Below, piece after piece: positions 51,964-63,315 of a stretch of 64,000 nucleotides of DNA; the stretch's first letter is position 1; each line of letters opens with the position of its first letter. Under the pieces are notes generated by a model. The model was not told where the DNA came from. It ran no database searches and saw only the letters and a list, made by a program, of their open reading frames with translations. Source of the stretch: Octopus vulgaris. Taxonomy: Eukaryota. A program made the translations under genes and the position numbers. The stretch is from assembly GCA_951406725.2 (NCBI GenBank), contig OX597830.1:61814001-61878000 (forward strand), read 5' to 3'.

Positions 51964-52193
51964 GTCGGTGGCACGTAAAACGCACCATCCGAGCGTGGCC
52001 GTTCGCTAGCCTCGTCTGGCACCTGTGTTGGTGGCACGTAAAAAGCACCCACTACACTCACGGAGTGGTTGGTGTTAGGAAGGGCATCCAACTGTAAAAA
52101 CACTGCCAGATCTGACTGGCTTCCCAGACCCCAGTTGAACCATCCAACCCATGCTAGTATGGAAAGTGGACGTTAAACGATGATGATGATGAT
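51869..52193. mobile_element. Two RTE 3' tails in inverted orientation separated by (TA)n
   Basis: Minus piece at 51869-51928 and plus piece at 51963-52193. Confidence 0.85.
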
Positions 52194-52235
52194 ATGAAAG
52201 AAGGTTTGAAAATGCAATTTTAAAGATGTTTATTC

Positions 52236-52277
52236 ACTTGACCGGTTTCACTTTTTTAGAAAAAGATTGTCAAAAGT
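52236..52277 (-). ncRNA. Degenerate minimal hammerhead motif
   Basis: Minus strand reads ACUU-UUGACAA-U-CUUUUU(CUA)AAAAAG-U-GAAA-CCG-GUC/AAGU; two core substitutions. Confidence 0.55.
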
Positions 52278-52449
52278 AAAATGTAAAGCTTTGTATAAGC
52301 TTTGTTGTGTTAAGTACTGGTTATCACAAAAGTATTAAAATACATATAAGCATTCTTTGATAATAATAAGAAAAATGTTAGAAACAGTTTACAAGAAAGT
52401 ATTCAAGAAAATATTCAACAAAAAGTATTAGGAGTTCAATATAAATCAT

Positions 52450-53440
52450 GTGAGTTTGTGTGCGTCTCAGTCTGAGTATGTTTGTGTTGTTATAATTGTC
52501 CTGGTGGTGTGTATGTTTGTGAATGGTATTTGTCAGGGTGTTGTGTTTGTTCGTGTGTGTGTGCATGTGTACGTTTGTGTGTTTTGTGTTGGTGGGGATG
52601 TTATGTGTGTGTCTGTCTGAGTACGCTTGTGTTGTTTTAATTGTCCTTGTTGTGTGTGTGTGTGTGAGGGTGCATATGTATGTGTGGGTGTGTATGTGTG
52701 AGTTGTGTTGTATTTATCAGGGGTTCTGTGTGTGTTGTGGTTTATCCGGGTGGTGTGTATGTGTGTTTGTGAGTGTTTGTAGTGATTGTTGGGATTCTAT
52801 TGTGTGTATATGTGTGTGTTTTTCTTTTAAGTGTGTGTGTGTGATTTTTTACTGGGGAATGGGTGTATTGTGTTTGCGTGTGTGTATATATGTATGCATA
52901 TATGCATGTCTGTATGGGTTGTGTTGCATTTGTGTATCTGTGTTTGTGTGAATGTAATTTGTAATTGTCTTGGTCGTGTGTGTAGGTGTGTGCATGTAAA
53001 TGTTTACATATGTGTGTGAGTCTTGGTTATGGTTACTAGAATCGTATTGCAAGTGTACATATGTCCAACAAACCTAATCTATATTCCCAAATTCTTCATT
53101 CCACCATATTACTACCCCTACCCCCTCTCTCTTCCCCATCACTACATATCACTACATACCTGACACTCCTTTTCTTTTTACACTATTATACCTCTCTCTC
53201 TCTCTCTCTCTCTCTTTATTACCCCCATTCCTTCTATCTGACTCTCCTTTACTCTTTACCCTATCATCTTTTTACACTCTCATATCTTTCTCTCTCTATC
53301 ACCCTCACCTCCTCATTCCTACTATCAATTTATCTTAACTGACCACTAAATGGTACACTTTCCTTCTCTTCATCTCTTAATATCTCTCTCCTTGCTTTTC
53401 TTTTTTCCTTTTCCTTTTCTTTATTCCTCTCTTCCTGTTT
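52450..53440. repeat. Degenerate (TG)-rich then (CT)-rich low-complexity tract
   Basis: Visible composition. Confidence 0.8.
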
Positions 53441-53689
53441 TCGATTTGACCTTACAAATACATTCCCTATTCTTAGGTCACTTTGAATAAACCCTTGATT
53501 CAATAGCACTGTGTACAAACTCTATAATTGGATTGACCAATTTTAAATACTATTGGAATTTACTCACAAGGTATTGGAATCTTGTATGTATACTATTCTG
53601 CCTAAATAATGGATGTACAAATGCAATATCCCTGCACATCTCACATCCATTTTCATTCCTCCACTTAACTATTTCATATCTTATCTTGT

Positions 53690-54480
53690 GTTGAAGTCTC
53701 TCAAGGTCGACCCAGAATGGCATAGTTGTGTGTTGCTCTCAAGCAACTATGCCATCCCAGCTTGACCTTGAGTGACTTCAACACAACCAAAGCATTCTAT
53801 TGGGGATTAGTGGAGGGCAGGTACGACAACAATCTCAGGGCGAACTTGGGCATCAACAAGGAATACCTGACCCACCTGTTCAAAACAACTTTCAGGGCCA
53901 GGACCTATGGACAACTTCCAGAGATCCCTGGCCTGGTAGTGCTATGGAGAAGCTCTACCCATTTGGGATAAGCTCTACAGACACAGCTCAAGAAACACGG
54001 GGTCGACCTACCCGAGATGCGGTCAGAGCGACAAAACCATTCTGCACTTGTGCAGTGACCAACAATTTCCAACCTGTGGGCTTATGTCGAACGATTGCTG
54101 TCACGTGTGGGATGAGTCGGTTTATCAGCTGAGTCTATCATCAATATTGTCACGCCTACTTCCTTCAAACGGGAAGGAAGAGTTATTTTCATCATCCTTG
54201 TGGCTATGGCGAAAGAATGTATCTGGTGGACGCATCTGAAAGGATAAGAGACAAACACTTTCCTCTCTGGTCAATCTCTCATCAACTTCTTCAAGTATCA
54301 CTTGAAAAGGAAAGTGAGAGTAGAGAGGTAAGTTTTGTCTAGTGAATGTTTCAAAAAAAGATGGGTGAATATAGCAAGGATGGCATGTATGAATGACGAA
54401 GCCACATTGAGCATAATCCTATGAACCCGGAAAAATTTAAAACAGAGTTATTTACTTGCAAGTAAATGTGTTAACATGTG
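53690..54480 (+). mobile_element. L1/Tx1-clade LINE ORF2 3' remnant
   Basis: TTKAFYWGLVEGRYDNNLRANLG...; homologous to the 3' part of 59850-61800. Confidence 0.6.
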
Positions 54481-54904
54481 ACATTATTGACCAAGGTTAC
54501 TGTGGTCTTTTCCGTAGGCTTTTCTTTCCACAGATAAACCTTATCTGTTTCCCCCTTTACACTTTACATCATGACATTTCTGTGATACATGATCCCTATT
54601 GATTATCTTTTTTTTCTCTTTTTGCGATCCGTTTTGATCAAAAACCTAACCCCCTTTCTATTTTTTTCCTCTATATCTAATCTAATTGCACCAAATCCAG
54701 AACTACTTACCTCCCTTACAAATAATCTTTTTATCCAAGAACTATTAGACCTGACACTGTTCATTAATCGATGTTCATTCAAAGCAATGAATAGTAACTT
54801 ATGAAACTGCCAGTATGCTTGAATCTCTTTAATAATCTCACAATAATGACTTTTATTACTTTTATTCCTACCTCAGTTCTTCTAATTGTATATATCTTTC
54901 AAAT

Positions 54905-55108
54905 GTTGGTACAAGGCCAGTAATTTCATGGGAGTGGATGAGTTGATTACTTCGACCCCAGTGCTCAACTGGTACTTATTTTATCAACCCCGAAAGGATG
55001 AAAGGCAAAGTCGACCCCAGTGGAATTTGAACCTAGAATATAAAGACAGACAAAATGTCACAAAACATTTTGCTCAACATGCTAACAATTCCGCCAGCTT
55101 GCTACCTT
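54905..55108 (-). mobile_element. tRNA-derived SINE, family C-like
   Basis: CCCCGAAAGGATGAAAGGCAAAGTCGAC core. Confidence 0.75.
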
Positions 55109-55139
55109 ACTTGGTGATGATATAATCATTTGTTTCTAG

Positions 55140-56404
55140 TTTATGAGAAGAGGACATGCATAAGCTCGCGAGAAATGAAGCTAGTATGTTCCGTTGGATG
55201 TGTAATGTCAGTGTTCATAGTCGACAGAGTGTAAGTACCTTGAGAGAAAAGTTGGACCTAAGAGGAATCAGATGTTGTGTGCAAGAGAGACGATTGCGCT
55301 GGTATGGTCATGTGGTGAGAATGGATGAAGATAGGTGTGTGAAAAAGTGCCACACCCTGGCAGTTGAGGGGACCTGTGGAAGAGGTAGACCCAGGAAAAC
55401 CTGGGTCGAGGTGGTGAAGCACGACCTTCGAACTTTAGGTCTCACCAAGGAAAGGACCAGAGACCGAGACCTATGGAAGTATGCTGTGCGTGAGAAGACC
55501 CGGCAAGACCAGTGAGAACAATCAAAATCAAATCATATATCAGAAAGCAGGGGTTAAGTGACCCATCTGTTCGTGTCCGCTGTCAGCCTCGTCTGGCACC
55601 CGTGCCGGTGATACGTAAAAGCACCATTCGCTCATGGCCGTTTGCCAGCTCTGCCTGGCCCCGTGTCGGTGGCACGTAAAAGCACCATCCGTTCGTGTTC
55701 GTTGCCAGCCTCGCCTGGCCCCGTGCCGGTGACACGTAAAAGCACCGTCCGTTCGTGGCCGTTGGCCAGCTCTGTCTGGCCCCGTGTCGGTGGCACGTAA
55801 AAGCACCATCCGTCCGTGGCCGTTTGCCAGCTCTGTCTGGCCCCGTGTCGGTGGCACGTAAAAGCACCATCCGTCCGTGTCCGTTGCCAGCCTCGGCTGG
55901 CCCCCGTGCCGGTGACACGTAAAAGCACCGTCCGCTCGTGGCCGTTTGCCAGCTCTGTCTGGCAACCGTGTCGGTGGCACGTAAAAGCACCATCCGTTCG
56001 CGTCCGTTGCCAGCCTCGGCTGGCCCCCGTGCCGGTGACACGTAAAAGCACCGTCCGCTCGTGGCCGGTTGCCAGCTCTGTCTGGCCCCGTGTCGGTGGC
56101 ACGTAAAAGCACCATCCGTTCGTGTCCGTTGCCAGCATCGCCTGGCCCCGTGCCGGTGACACGTAAAAGCACCATCCGTTCGTGGCCGTTCGCCAGCTCT
56201 GTCTGGCACCTGTGCAGGTGGCACGTAAAAAACACCCACTACACTCGCGGAGTGGTTGGCGTTAGGAAGGGCATCCAGCCGTAGAAACACTGCCAGATCT
56301 GACTGGGCCTGACGAAGCCTTCCAGCTTCACAGACCCCAGTTGACCCGTCCAACCCATGCTAGCATGGAAAGCGGACGCTAAACGATGATGATGATGATG
56401 ATGA
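55140..56404 (+). mobile_element. RTE-clade LINE 3' portion: ORF2 C-terminus, 3' UTR with ~11 tandem 60-61-bp units, (GAT)n tail
   Basis: ERRLRWYGHVVRMDEDRCVKKC...GRGRPRKTW, stop at 55515, then the array and tail. This links the common GAT-tailed repeat to an RTE LINE. Confidence 0.9.
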
Positions 56405-56597
56405 TACCCATGCATAACCTGCGTGTGGTATTGTGTATGCATATGTATGTATGCATGTGTGTAAGCATGAATGTATGTGTGTGAATACATATGTATATAA
56501 GCATGTAATGTATGTATGTAATAAATGCATGTCTGTATGTACACAGGTGTACACAGGTGTACACAGGTATGCACGTATGTATGCAATGTATGTTTTT

Positions 56598-56956
56598 CAA
56601 AATCGATCAACATCAATGGAAATTGTAGCTGTGATACCAGTGCTGGTGGCACATAAGAGAACCATCTGAACGTGGCCGTAGCCAGCGCTGCCCCGACTGG
56701 CTTCCGTGCCGGTGGCATGTAAAAAGCACCATCCGATCATGGCAGTTGTCAGCCTCGTCTGGCACCTGTGCCGGTGGTACATAAAAAGTACCCACTACAC
56801 TCATGGAGTGGTTGACGTTAGGAAGGGCATCCAGCCATAGAAACATTGCCGGATCTGACTGGGCCTGGTGCAGCCTTCTGGCTTCCCAGACCCCAGTTGC
56901 ACCGTCCAACCCATGCTAGCATGGAAAGCAGACGCTAAACGATGATGATGATGATG
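56598..56956 (+). mobile_element. RTE 3' UTR-type repeat
   Basis: Matches 20150-20562. Confidence 0.85.
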
Positions 56957-57072
56957 TATGTTTCATGTTCAAGTTCTAAGTAATTAGTTATCACAATTAA
57001 CACTGAAGTTTGGGTGGAGAGTTCCAGTTACAAAATTCCTAAAAATTTGCTATTCATTTTATTAATACATAC

Positions 57073-57110
<38 letters not shown>

Positions 57111-57483
57111 CATATGATGCATATGGATGAGGATAGTTGCATAAAGAAGTGCTGATCACTTTAGATGGATGGAACTTGTGGAAAAGGAAAACATGGAATG
57201 AAGTATTGATGGCCAGTCTAAAAATACTGAGCCAGGCCATACAAAGGACTAAGATACCTGGCACCTTGCTGCACTCAAGAAAACCTGCCCACCACTGTAA
57301 AGTTGATATCCTAGAACCACCTTTGTAATACTTGTCCATAGGGGGCTCTGGCCTTTTGACCTTGTCCTCCCACCCACATTTCATTCCCCTAAAACCCATC
57401 ACATCCTCTATCATCTGCAGAATAAGTACATATTACATCCCCTTGCTTACTCAGTTACCTTTACTCCCTAAGTTACCTTTCTT

Positions 57484-57649
57484 GCCCTCCCTCTGCTGCT
57501 CTCCACCAATCACCTCCTTTCTGCACCTTCTCTGCCCTCCCTCTGCTGCTCTCCACCAATCACCTCCTTTCTGCACCTTCTCCGCCCTCCCTCTGCTGCT
57601 CTCCACCAATCACCTCCTTTCTGCACCTTCTCCGCCCTCCCTCTGCTGC
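57484..57649. repeat. 50-bp minisatellite, about 3.3 copies
   Basis: GCCCTCCCTCTGCTGC recurs at 57484, 57534, 57584 and 57634. Confidence 0.92.
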
Positions 57650-57966
57650 CCTCCATCATCAACTCCTTTCCATATACTCTGTAAAATAGTTGATGGTAGA
57701 AATCATAGAATAAAATATATGAGTGAGACATGGTCACCAACACGTCTAGGAATTTTGTATCTACAAACAAGAACTAATTTGAACAGTGACAACCTATGCA
57801 ATTCATGCCAGCATCGTAAAACAGGTGTAAAATGACGATGTTGTGGAAGAGGATGTGGAGGAAGAACAAGCACCATCACCAGCAACTGATAAATTTTATT
57901 GTTTTTACTTAAGTTGATTTTAAAGAGACAACTAAATATACTGAAGTTTTTTCTTTTTCTTAGAAT

Positions 57967-58017
<51 letters not shown>

Positions 58018-58023
<6 letters not shown>

Positions 58024-58182
58024 TTTATTTTAAGCAGCAGAAAATTCAACAAAATCTGTTACTCTGAGTTTCTCGTTGCCGTTCATCAGACAGTTTTTGC
58101 AAAAAACTGTCTGATGAACGGCAACGAGAAACTCAGAGTAACAGATTTTGTTGAATTTTCTGCTGCTTAAAATAAAGCATAT
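58018..58182. repeat. Near-perfect palindrome, ~81-bp arms
   Basis: ATATGCTTTATTTTAAGCAGC...CAGTTTTTGCAAAAAACTG...GCTGCTTAAAATAAAGCATAT. Confidence 0.95.
58107..58144 (+). ncRNA. Minimal type I hammerhead motif, mirrored on the minus strand in the left arm
   Basis: CUGU-CUGAUGA-ACG(GCAA)CGA-GAAA-CUCAGA-GUA/ACAG; the stem II closing pair is an A/A mismatch. Confidence 0.7.
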
Positions 58183-58248
58183 TACTCTACCACTGGTATT
58201 TGAGTACTCTTTTTTCCACCTTGTTTCACATTTATGTGTTTACTCTGG

Positions 58249-58279
<31 letters not shown>

Positions 58280-58281
58280 AT

Positions 58282-58493
58282 ATTCAAAATGTAACCGCGT
58301 GTGTACCATTGGCGATTTTTTTTTCCTCTGTCTTCCCTTCTCTGGATCTTTCCTTCTCCTATGTTTCCGACGAAGAGCTCCGCTCAAAACGTTAAACCCT
58401 CCTTCTTTCCTTCTTTCCTGAGCATCCAATAATACTATATTTGTTCCACGTTCTCGTGTTGTGTTTTTTTGTGCTTTCATGTTTGGATTAACT
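58282..58493 (+). mobile_element. Solo PLE pLTR-like repeat with a mutated hammerhead (58363-58397)
   Basis: Copy of 45674-45881; GUUU-CCGACGA-A-GAGC(UCC)GCUC-AAAA-C-GUU/AAAC. Confidence 0.7.
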
Positions 58494-58529
58494 TTATATA
58501 TATTTTTTTTTTTTTTTTTTTTTTTGCAG

Positions 58530-58837
58530 GTGGACAGATAACAAATCCTGGAACCAGAACTGAATTGAAGAAATTTGCTACTATCGCTCGAACTGAAAAT
58601 CGATTTGATAATAATAGTTCAGTAGTTTTTTCAAGATCCAAAACCTATGATGATATTAAATCTTGCTCTCAACTTTCTTCTAAAAAGTCAAACATTTCTC
58701 AGGGATCAGAAACTCAGTCCATAACTGAACCTATACGGTACCAACCACAGCTACACTTACACAAGTATAAAGAACAGACATCAGCTTTCCACAAGAAGAA
58801 ATTACTTGGTCCTTGTTTAAAAGAATCTTCAGTATGA
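58530..58837 (+). CDS. USP31: USP31/43-like terminal coding exon 11
   Basis: Poly-T GCAG|GT acceptor in phase 1 matches exon 10. Open frame ends ...LKESSV-TGA, with AATAAA downstream. Confidence 0.8.
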
Positions 58838-58915
58838 TTTTCAGTATTCCAAAACAAATAACTAAATGATGAAATGAATAGATTCATTTATGTGTCAAAA
58901 TATCAGATATTTTAC

Positions 58916-58921
58916 AATAAA
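58916..58921 (+). promoter_or_regulatory. Candidate polyadenylation signal
   Basis: AATAAA about 80 nt after the stop, with a second at 58981. The AT-rich context makes chance hits likely. Confidence 0.4.
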
Positions 58922-59165
58922 TATTACACAAGACACTTCTAGATTATTTCCTATACAATTTTGCTTTTTTTTTAAAAAATAATAAAAATTTATATTGTTT
59001 ATTCTATTTTATATCTCTAACTTTTATGATTAACACTTCTAATATTTTAATTGTATTATGATGTCTGAACTAAATATTGATGTAAAAGTAACATGACTTG
59101 ATTGCTCAACCAAATACCCCTGTAATCATATTCAACCATCATAAATAAGAACATATTGAACAATA

Positions 59166-59330
59166 GGCACAGGAGTGGCTGTGTGGTAAGTAGCTTGTTT
59201 ACCAACCACACGGTTCCGGGTTCAGTCCCACTGCGTGGCACCTTGGGCAAGTGTCTTCTACTATAGCCTTGGGCCGACCAAAGCCTTGTGAGTGGATTTG
59301 GTAGACAGAAACTGAAAGAAGTCCATCGTA

Positions 59331-59377
<47 letters not shown>

Positions 59378-59464
59378 TTGTGTGTCTGTCCCCCTAGCAT
59401 TGCTTGACAACCGATACTGATGTGTTTGTGTCCCTGTTACTTAGCGGTTTGGCAAAAGAGACCA
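59166..59464 (+). mobile_element. tRNA-derived SINE family A, 3'-truncated
   Basis: Matches about 17596-17928. Confidence 0.88.
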
Positions 59465-59849
59465 GGTGCCAGGCTGCAAGCTAACCAACATACCCTGGTT
59501 GATTTTAGCCTAGTTACTGTCTCCTGTTGTTCAGAATTCTGCCAGCTACCTCCATTTTGTTGGCTTTCAATAATGCAACAGTGACATGTTGACACAGCCC
59601 TTCCACAATCCATCTTGCTAATAGGAATGCTCCTCCATTGCACAATACCAAACAGAAGAGTCCAGCAGGTGACCATTTATGCTGACTGCTAAACAAATAT
59701 CTATGGCATTCCCATATTGCCTTCCTTGGCAGATATAAACTATGGAAAGCCACACTTTTCCCAGACATTTTTCTGTTTCTTACTGTGTGATTAATGCACT
59801 TGTATACTATTGTTCTTTTCTTAGTGAAAATCATTCCCTCTTCTAGGAA

Positions 59850-61800
59850 TGATTCCAAACAGATGAGCGCAGTGTTTTGGCAGTACTTTGCCGACTGCTT
59901 TTGAAGGAGTGGTATACTTGAGTCAATGGGATTTGAGGCCTACTTTGATGGTATGCCAAACCTATCAGACAAGGAGGGTGAGTGTTGCGAGAAACCAATT
60001 TCAGTGGAGGAAGTGGAACACAAATTACCAGGATTGGATGGTCTGCCCTATAAACTATACTTCCACATGTCTGGTTTTGGCAGCCGTGTACGGCACTTGG
60101 TAACAGATTGAAAGCATTTCCAATTGTGTGAGCCAAGGAGTGGTGACTCTACTAGGGAAGGATCTGAACAAGGGGTACGTGACTGAAAACTCCAGGCCCA
60201 TAGCTCTACACAACAGTTGAAGATTTTAGCTACGGTGCTCACCAAGAGGCTGCCGCTTGTTCTTCGCACTAGCCTTTGCAATACATCGTAAAACGGTTGG
60301 GAATTGATCGGGCTTTGGAGGAGCACTAATCAATTTGAACCACTCCAAGACATTTGACAGAATGGACCATTGCTATCTGGTTGCTGTCATATAAGCTGTT
60401 GGTTTCAGTCCCGTTTTCAAAGACTAGATCACCATAATGTATATCTCAGTAGTCAAAGTAAATGGCCACCTCTCAGAACCTTTCGGTATTGAAGGCTCAG
60501 TCCACCAAGAATGCTCCCTCTCTTCGCTTTTATAGATTTTGACCTTAGAAAATGAGAACCTTTGCTGCGAAGGTTGGAGAGTTTGAGCAGGTATTTCGCT
60601 GGAACTAGGTGTCAGGAGAGCTATAGCTGCATACACAGACGATGCCACTGTGATGATGTCGGATCTTTCGGATATTGAAACAATTGACACTATAGTGAAA
60701 GAATATCAGGTATGTAGAGGACCTCACATAAACCAGAACAAATCAGGTCTGCAACAAGGGTCTAGTGAAAGTGTTCGGAGTCTGGTTTGGACAGACTCTC
60801 AGATAGGAACTTGGAAGAGGTCATGGTCAGAATGGTAAAGCAAACTCAGAAATGGACAGAAAGGAAGCTGTCTCTGGAAAGCCGGGCAGAAGTAGCAAAT
60901 GCTTACACCACCTCAGTAGTGTACAAACAGCTAGCTATCATATCTTGTCCCCAAAAAATTCTGACCAGATTAGAGCGCTTTTCAATTCTTATGGAAGTGT
61001 CAGATTCTGTTGTCAACAACCACTCAGTAGATGATCTTGGGATGCTATTCTTGATGATACATCCCCATGCTTTGAGGCTGATGCACCAGCAGAAATATCT
61101 AAATCACTGCAGTGGTTTGAACGATGGTGAGAAAAACAAGGATGAACTGGTGTAGGACTCCTTCGTGTGACACGTCTTTCCGTAGCTCATCTCATTGACC
61201 GAGCTGCAGTCGTGGGTCAAACATAGATCAAGATTGAGCTTTGGCATCTAGAATGTTGCCAGGCCCTCACTACATTGTACCAGCTGGGCTAAAACCGTTC
61301 CCAAGATTTCTATTGGAGGTTTGTTGAAGGTATGAGCGATGATAGCTTAGGATTGACTCTCGGTACTGACGAAATATCAGGTATGTAGAGGACCTCACAT
61401 AAACCAGAACAAATCAGGTCTGCAACAAGGGTCTAGTGAGGATTCTTCCAGGGAACTTTCAGGATGAAGATCATGGAAATTTGCAAAAGTCTTTGGCATC
61501 GCAGAACTACAGGCAAGCATTGCTGCTCCAAGCACGAAAGTACCATTAGAGACTTGTAGGCTCATGTTGAGCAGCTGCTGTCATGTATCCACCGAGTGTA
61601 TAGTGAAGATGGGCGCACCACCTCCCTTTAGCAGAGAAGGGAAGAGATTATTTTCTGTTTTGTGACTGTGGTTAAAGAAGCTGTGTGATGGGCTCACCTG
61701 AAAAGTTTCCTGTCCAGCCAAGTTCTCATGAATTTCTTCAAATTTGAAGAGGAAGATGAAGGAGGGAGGTGCTGTTCTCTGGGGATTCTGTTTATTGATT
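59850..61800 (+). mobile_element. Decayed L1/Tx1-clade LINE ORF2
   Basis: CEKPISVEEV...PGLDGLPYKLY; AYTDDATV (YADD-like); WTERKLSLESRAEVANAY; many stops and frameshifts. Confidence 0.8.
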
Positions 61801-61948
61801 ATTTATTTCTCTAATTTTTATTTTATATCCTTTAATCTTGTAGTGTCTCCCCTTGATCGATGTAAGTCCCACAAGTTTTTCTGTGTTGTATCCTGTTTTT
61901 TAATACTGTTCTCTGTGACTTATGGCATTTGTGGCCATAAAAGAAATT

Positions 61949-62270
61949 GTTGCCAGCGCCGCCCCGACTGGCCTCGTGTCGGTGGCACGTAAAAAGCATC
62001 ATCCGATCGTGGCCGTTGCCAGCCTCGCCTGGCCCCCGTGCCGGTGGCACGTAAAAAGCACCATCCAATCGTGGCCGTTTGCCAGCCTCGTCTGGCACCT
62101 GTGCCAGTGGCACGTAAAAAGCACCTACTAGGTTAGGAAGGGCATCCAGCCATACAAACATTGCCAGATCAGACTGGGCCTGGTGCAGCCTTCTGGCTTC
62201 CCAGACTCCAGTTGAACCGTCCAACCCATGCTAGCATGGAAAGCGGATGCTAAACGATGATGATGATGAT
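61949..62270 (+). mobile_element. RTE 3' UTR-type repeat
   Basis: Three tandem units and a GAT tail. Confidence 0.85.
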
Positions 62271-62284
62271 TATTATTATTATGA

Positions 62285-62518
62285 AGGCGATAGGCTGGCA
62301 GAATTGTTAGCGCACTGGACGAAATGCTTTGCAGTATATCACTCGTTGCTATGTTCTGAAATCAAATTACGCCGAAGCTGACTTAGCCTTTCATCATTTC
62401 AGGGTCAATAAATTTAGTACCAGATAAATTAATTACCAGTGGTACTTAACACTTGGGTCAATATAATCGACTAGTCCCCTCCCCACAAATTTGAGGGTTT
62501 GTGCCACCAGTAGAAAGG

Positions 62519-62566
<48 letters not shown>

Positions 62567-63295
62567 AATGAAATCTTCATTGTTATTATTATATTGTCGT
62601 TGTTGTTGTTGTTGTTGCTGCTGCTCTTGTTGTTGTTGTGGGTGGCGGTGGTGGCATATAACTGGTGCATTGGGAATTGTAAGCAAAGATAGACAAATGG
62701 TTGAAGGAGATTGGAATAGGATACCCCGAAGAGCTTCTACAGAAAGTCAGCCTCTTAAGGACAGGGAAGATTATCAGGAAGGGCTTAAGCACTTGAAAGC
62801 TTGTGGATACCTAAGGTTACAGGTAGTAACTCTCTACCCACATTAATTCTACAAGGAATAAGAATGAACCTGAATCAAATCAATGATAATAGTTTCAAAT
62901 TTTGGCACAAGGCCAGCAATTGGGGGGGGGAGGAAAGTCTATTATATCGATCTCGATGCACAGCGGGTACTTACTTTATCAACCCCGAAAATATGGAAAA
63001 CAAAGCCGACTTAGATGGGATTTGAACTCAGACCGTAAAAACAGTCGAAATGCAGCTAAGCATGCTAATGTTTCTATGATGATGATGATGATTTCTACTG
63101 TAGGCTCAAGGCCTGAAATTTTGTGGGGAAGGCACTATTTGATTACATCGACCCCAGTGTTCAACTGGTACTTATTTATTGATCCCGAAAGGCAACATTG
63201 ACCTCGACAAAATTTGAACTCTGAACATAAAGATGAGCAAAATACCGCGAAGCATTTCATCCGGCACGCTAATGATTCTGCCAGTTCACTGCCTT
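62285..63295. mobile_element. Cluster of degenerate family C SINEs with (TAT)n/(TTG)n microsatellites
   Basis: Plus copy at about 62285-62516; minus copies at about 62900-63070 and 63095-63295. Confidence 0.7.
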
Positions 63296-63315
63296 AACAA
63301 CAACAACAACAACAA

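Noticed and set aside
52523-53019. Cys/Val-rich ORFs
   Set aside because: They are products of degenerate (TG)n sequence.
55582-56235. Resemblance of GCCGGT...TAAAAG to twister ribozymes
   Set aside because: The conserved twister cleavage-site and double-pseudoknot elements could not be placed.
55540-56353. Long overlapping ORFs (176-256 aa) and a CRISPR-like periodic array
   Set aside because: The ORFs come from a stop-poor tandem repeat in a LINE 3' UTR. Inter-repeat segments are near-identical rather than unique spacers, there are no cas genes, and the context is eukaryotic.
62458-62846. PolyN, polyQ and polyI ORFs
   Set aside because: They are translations of trinucleotide microsatellites.
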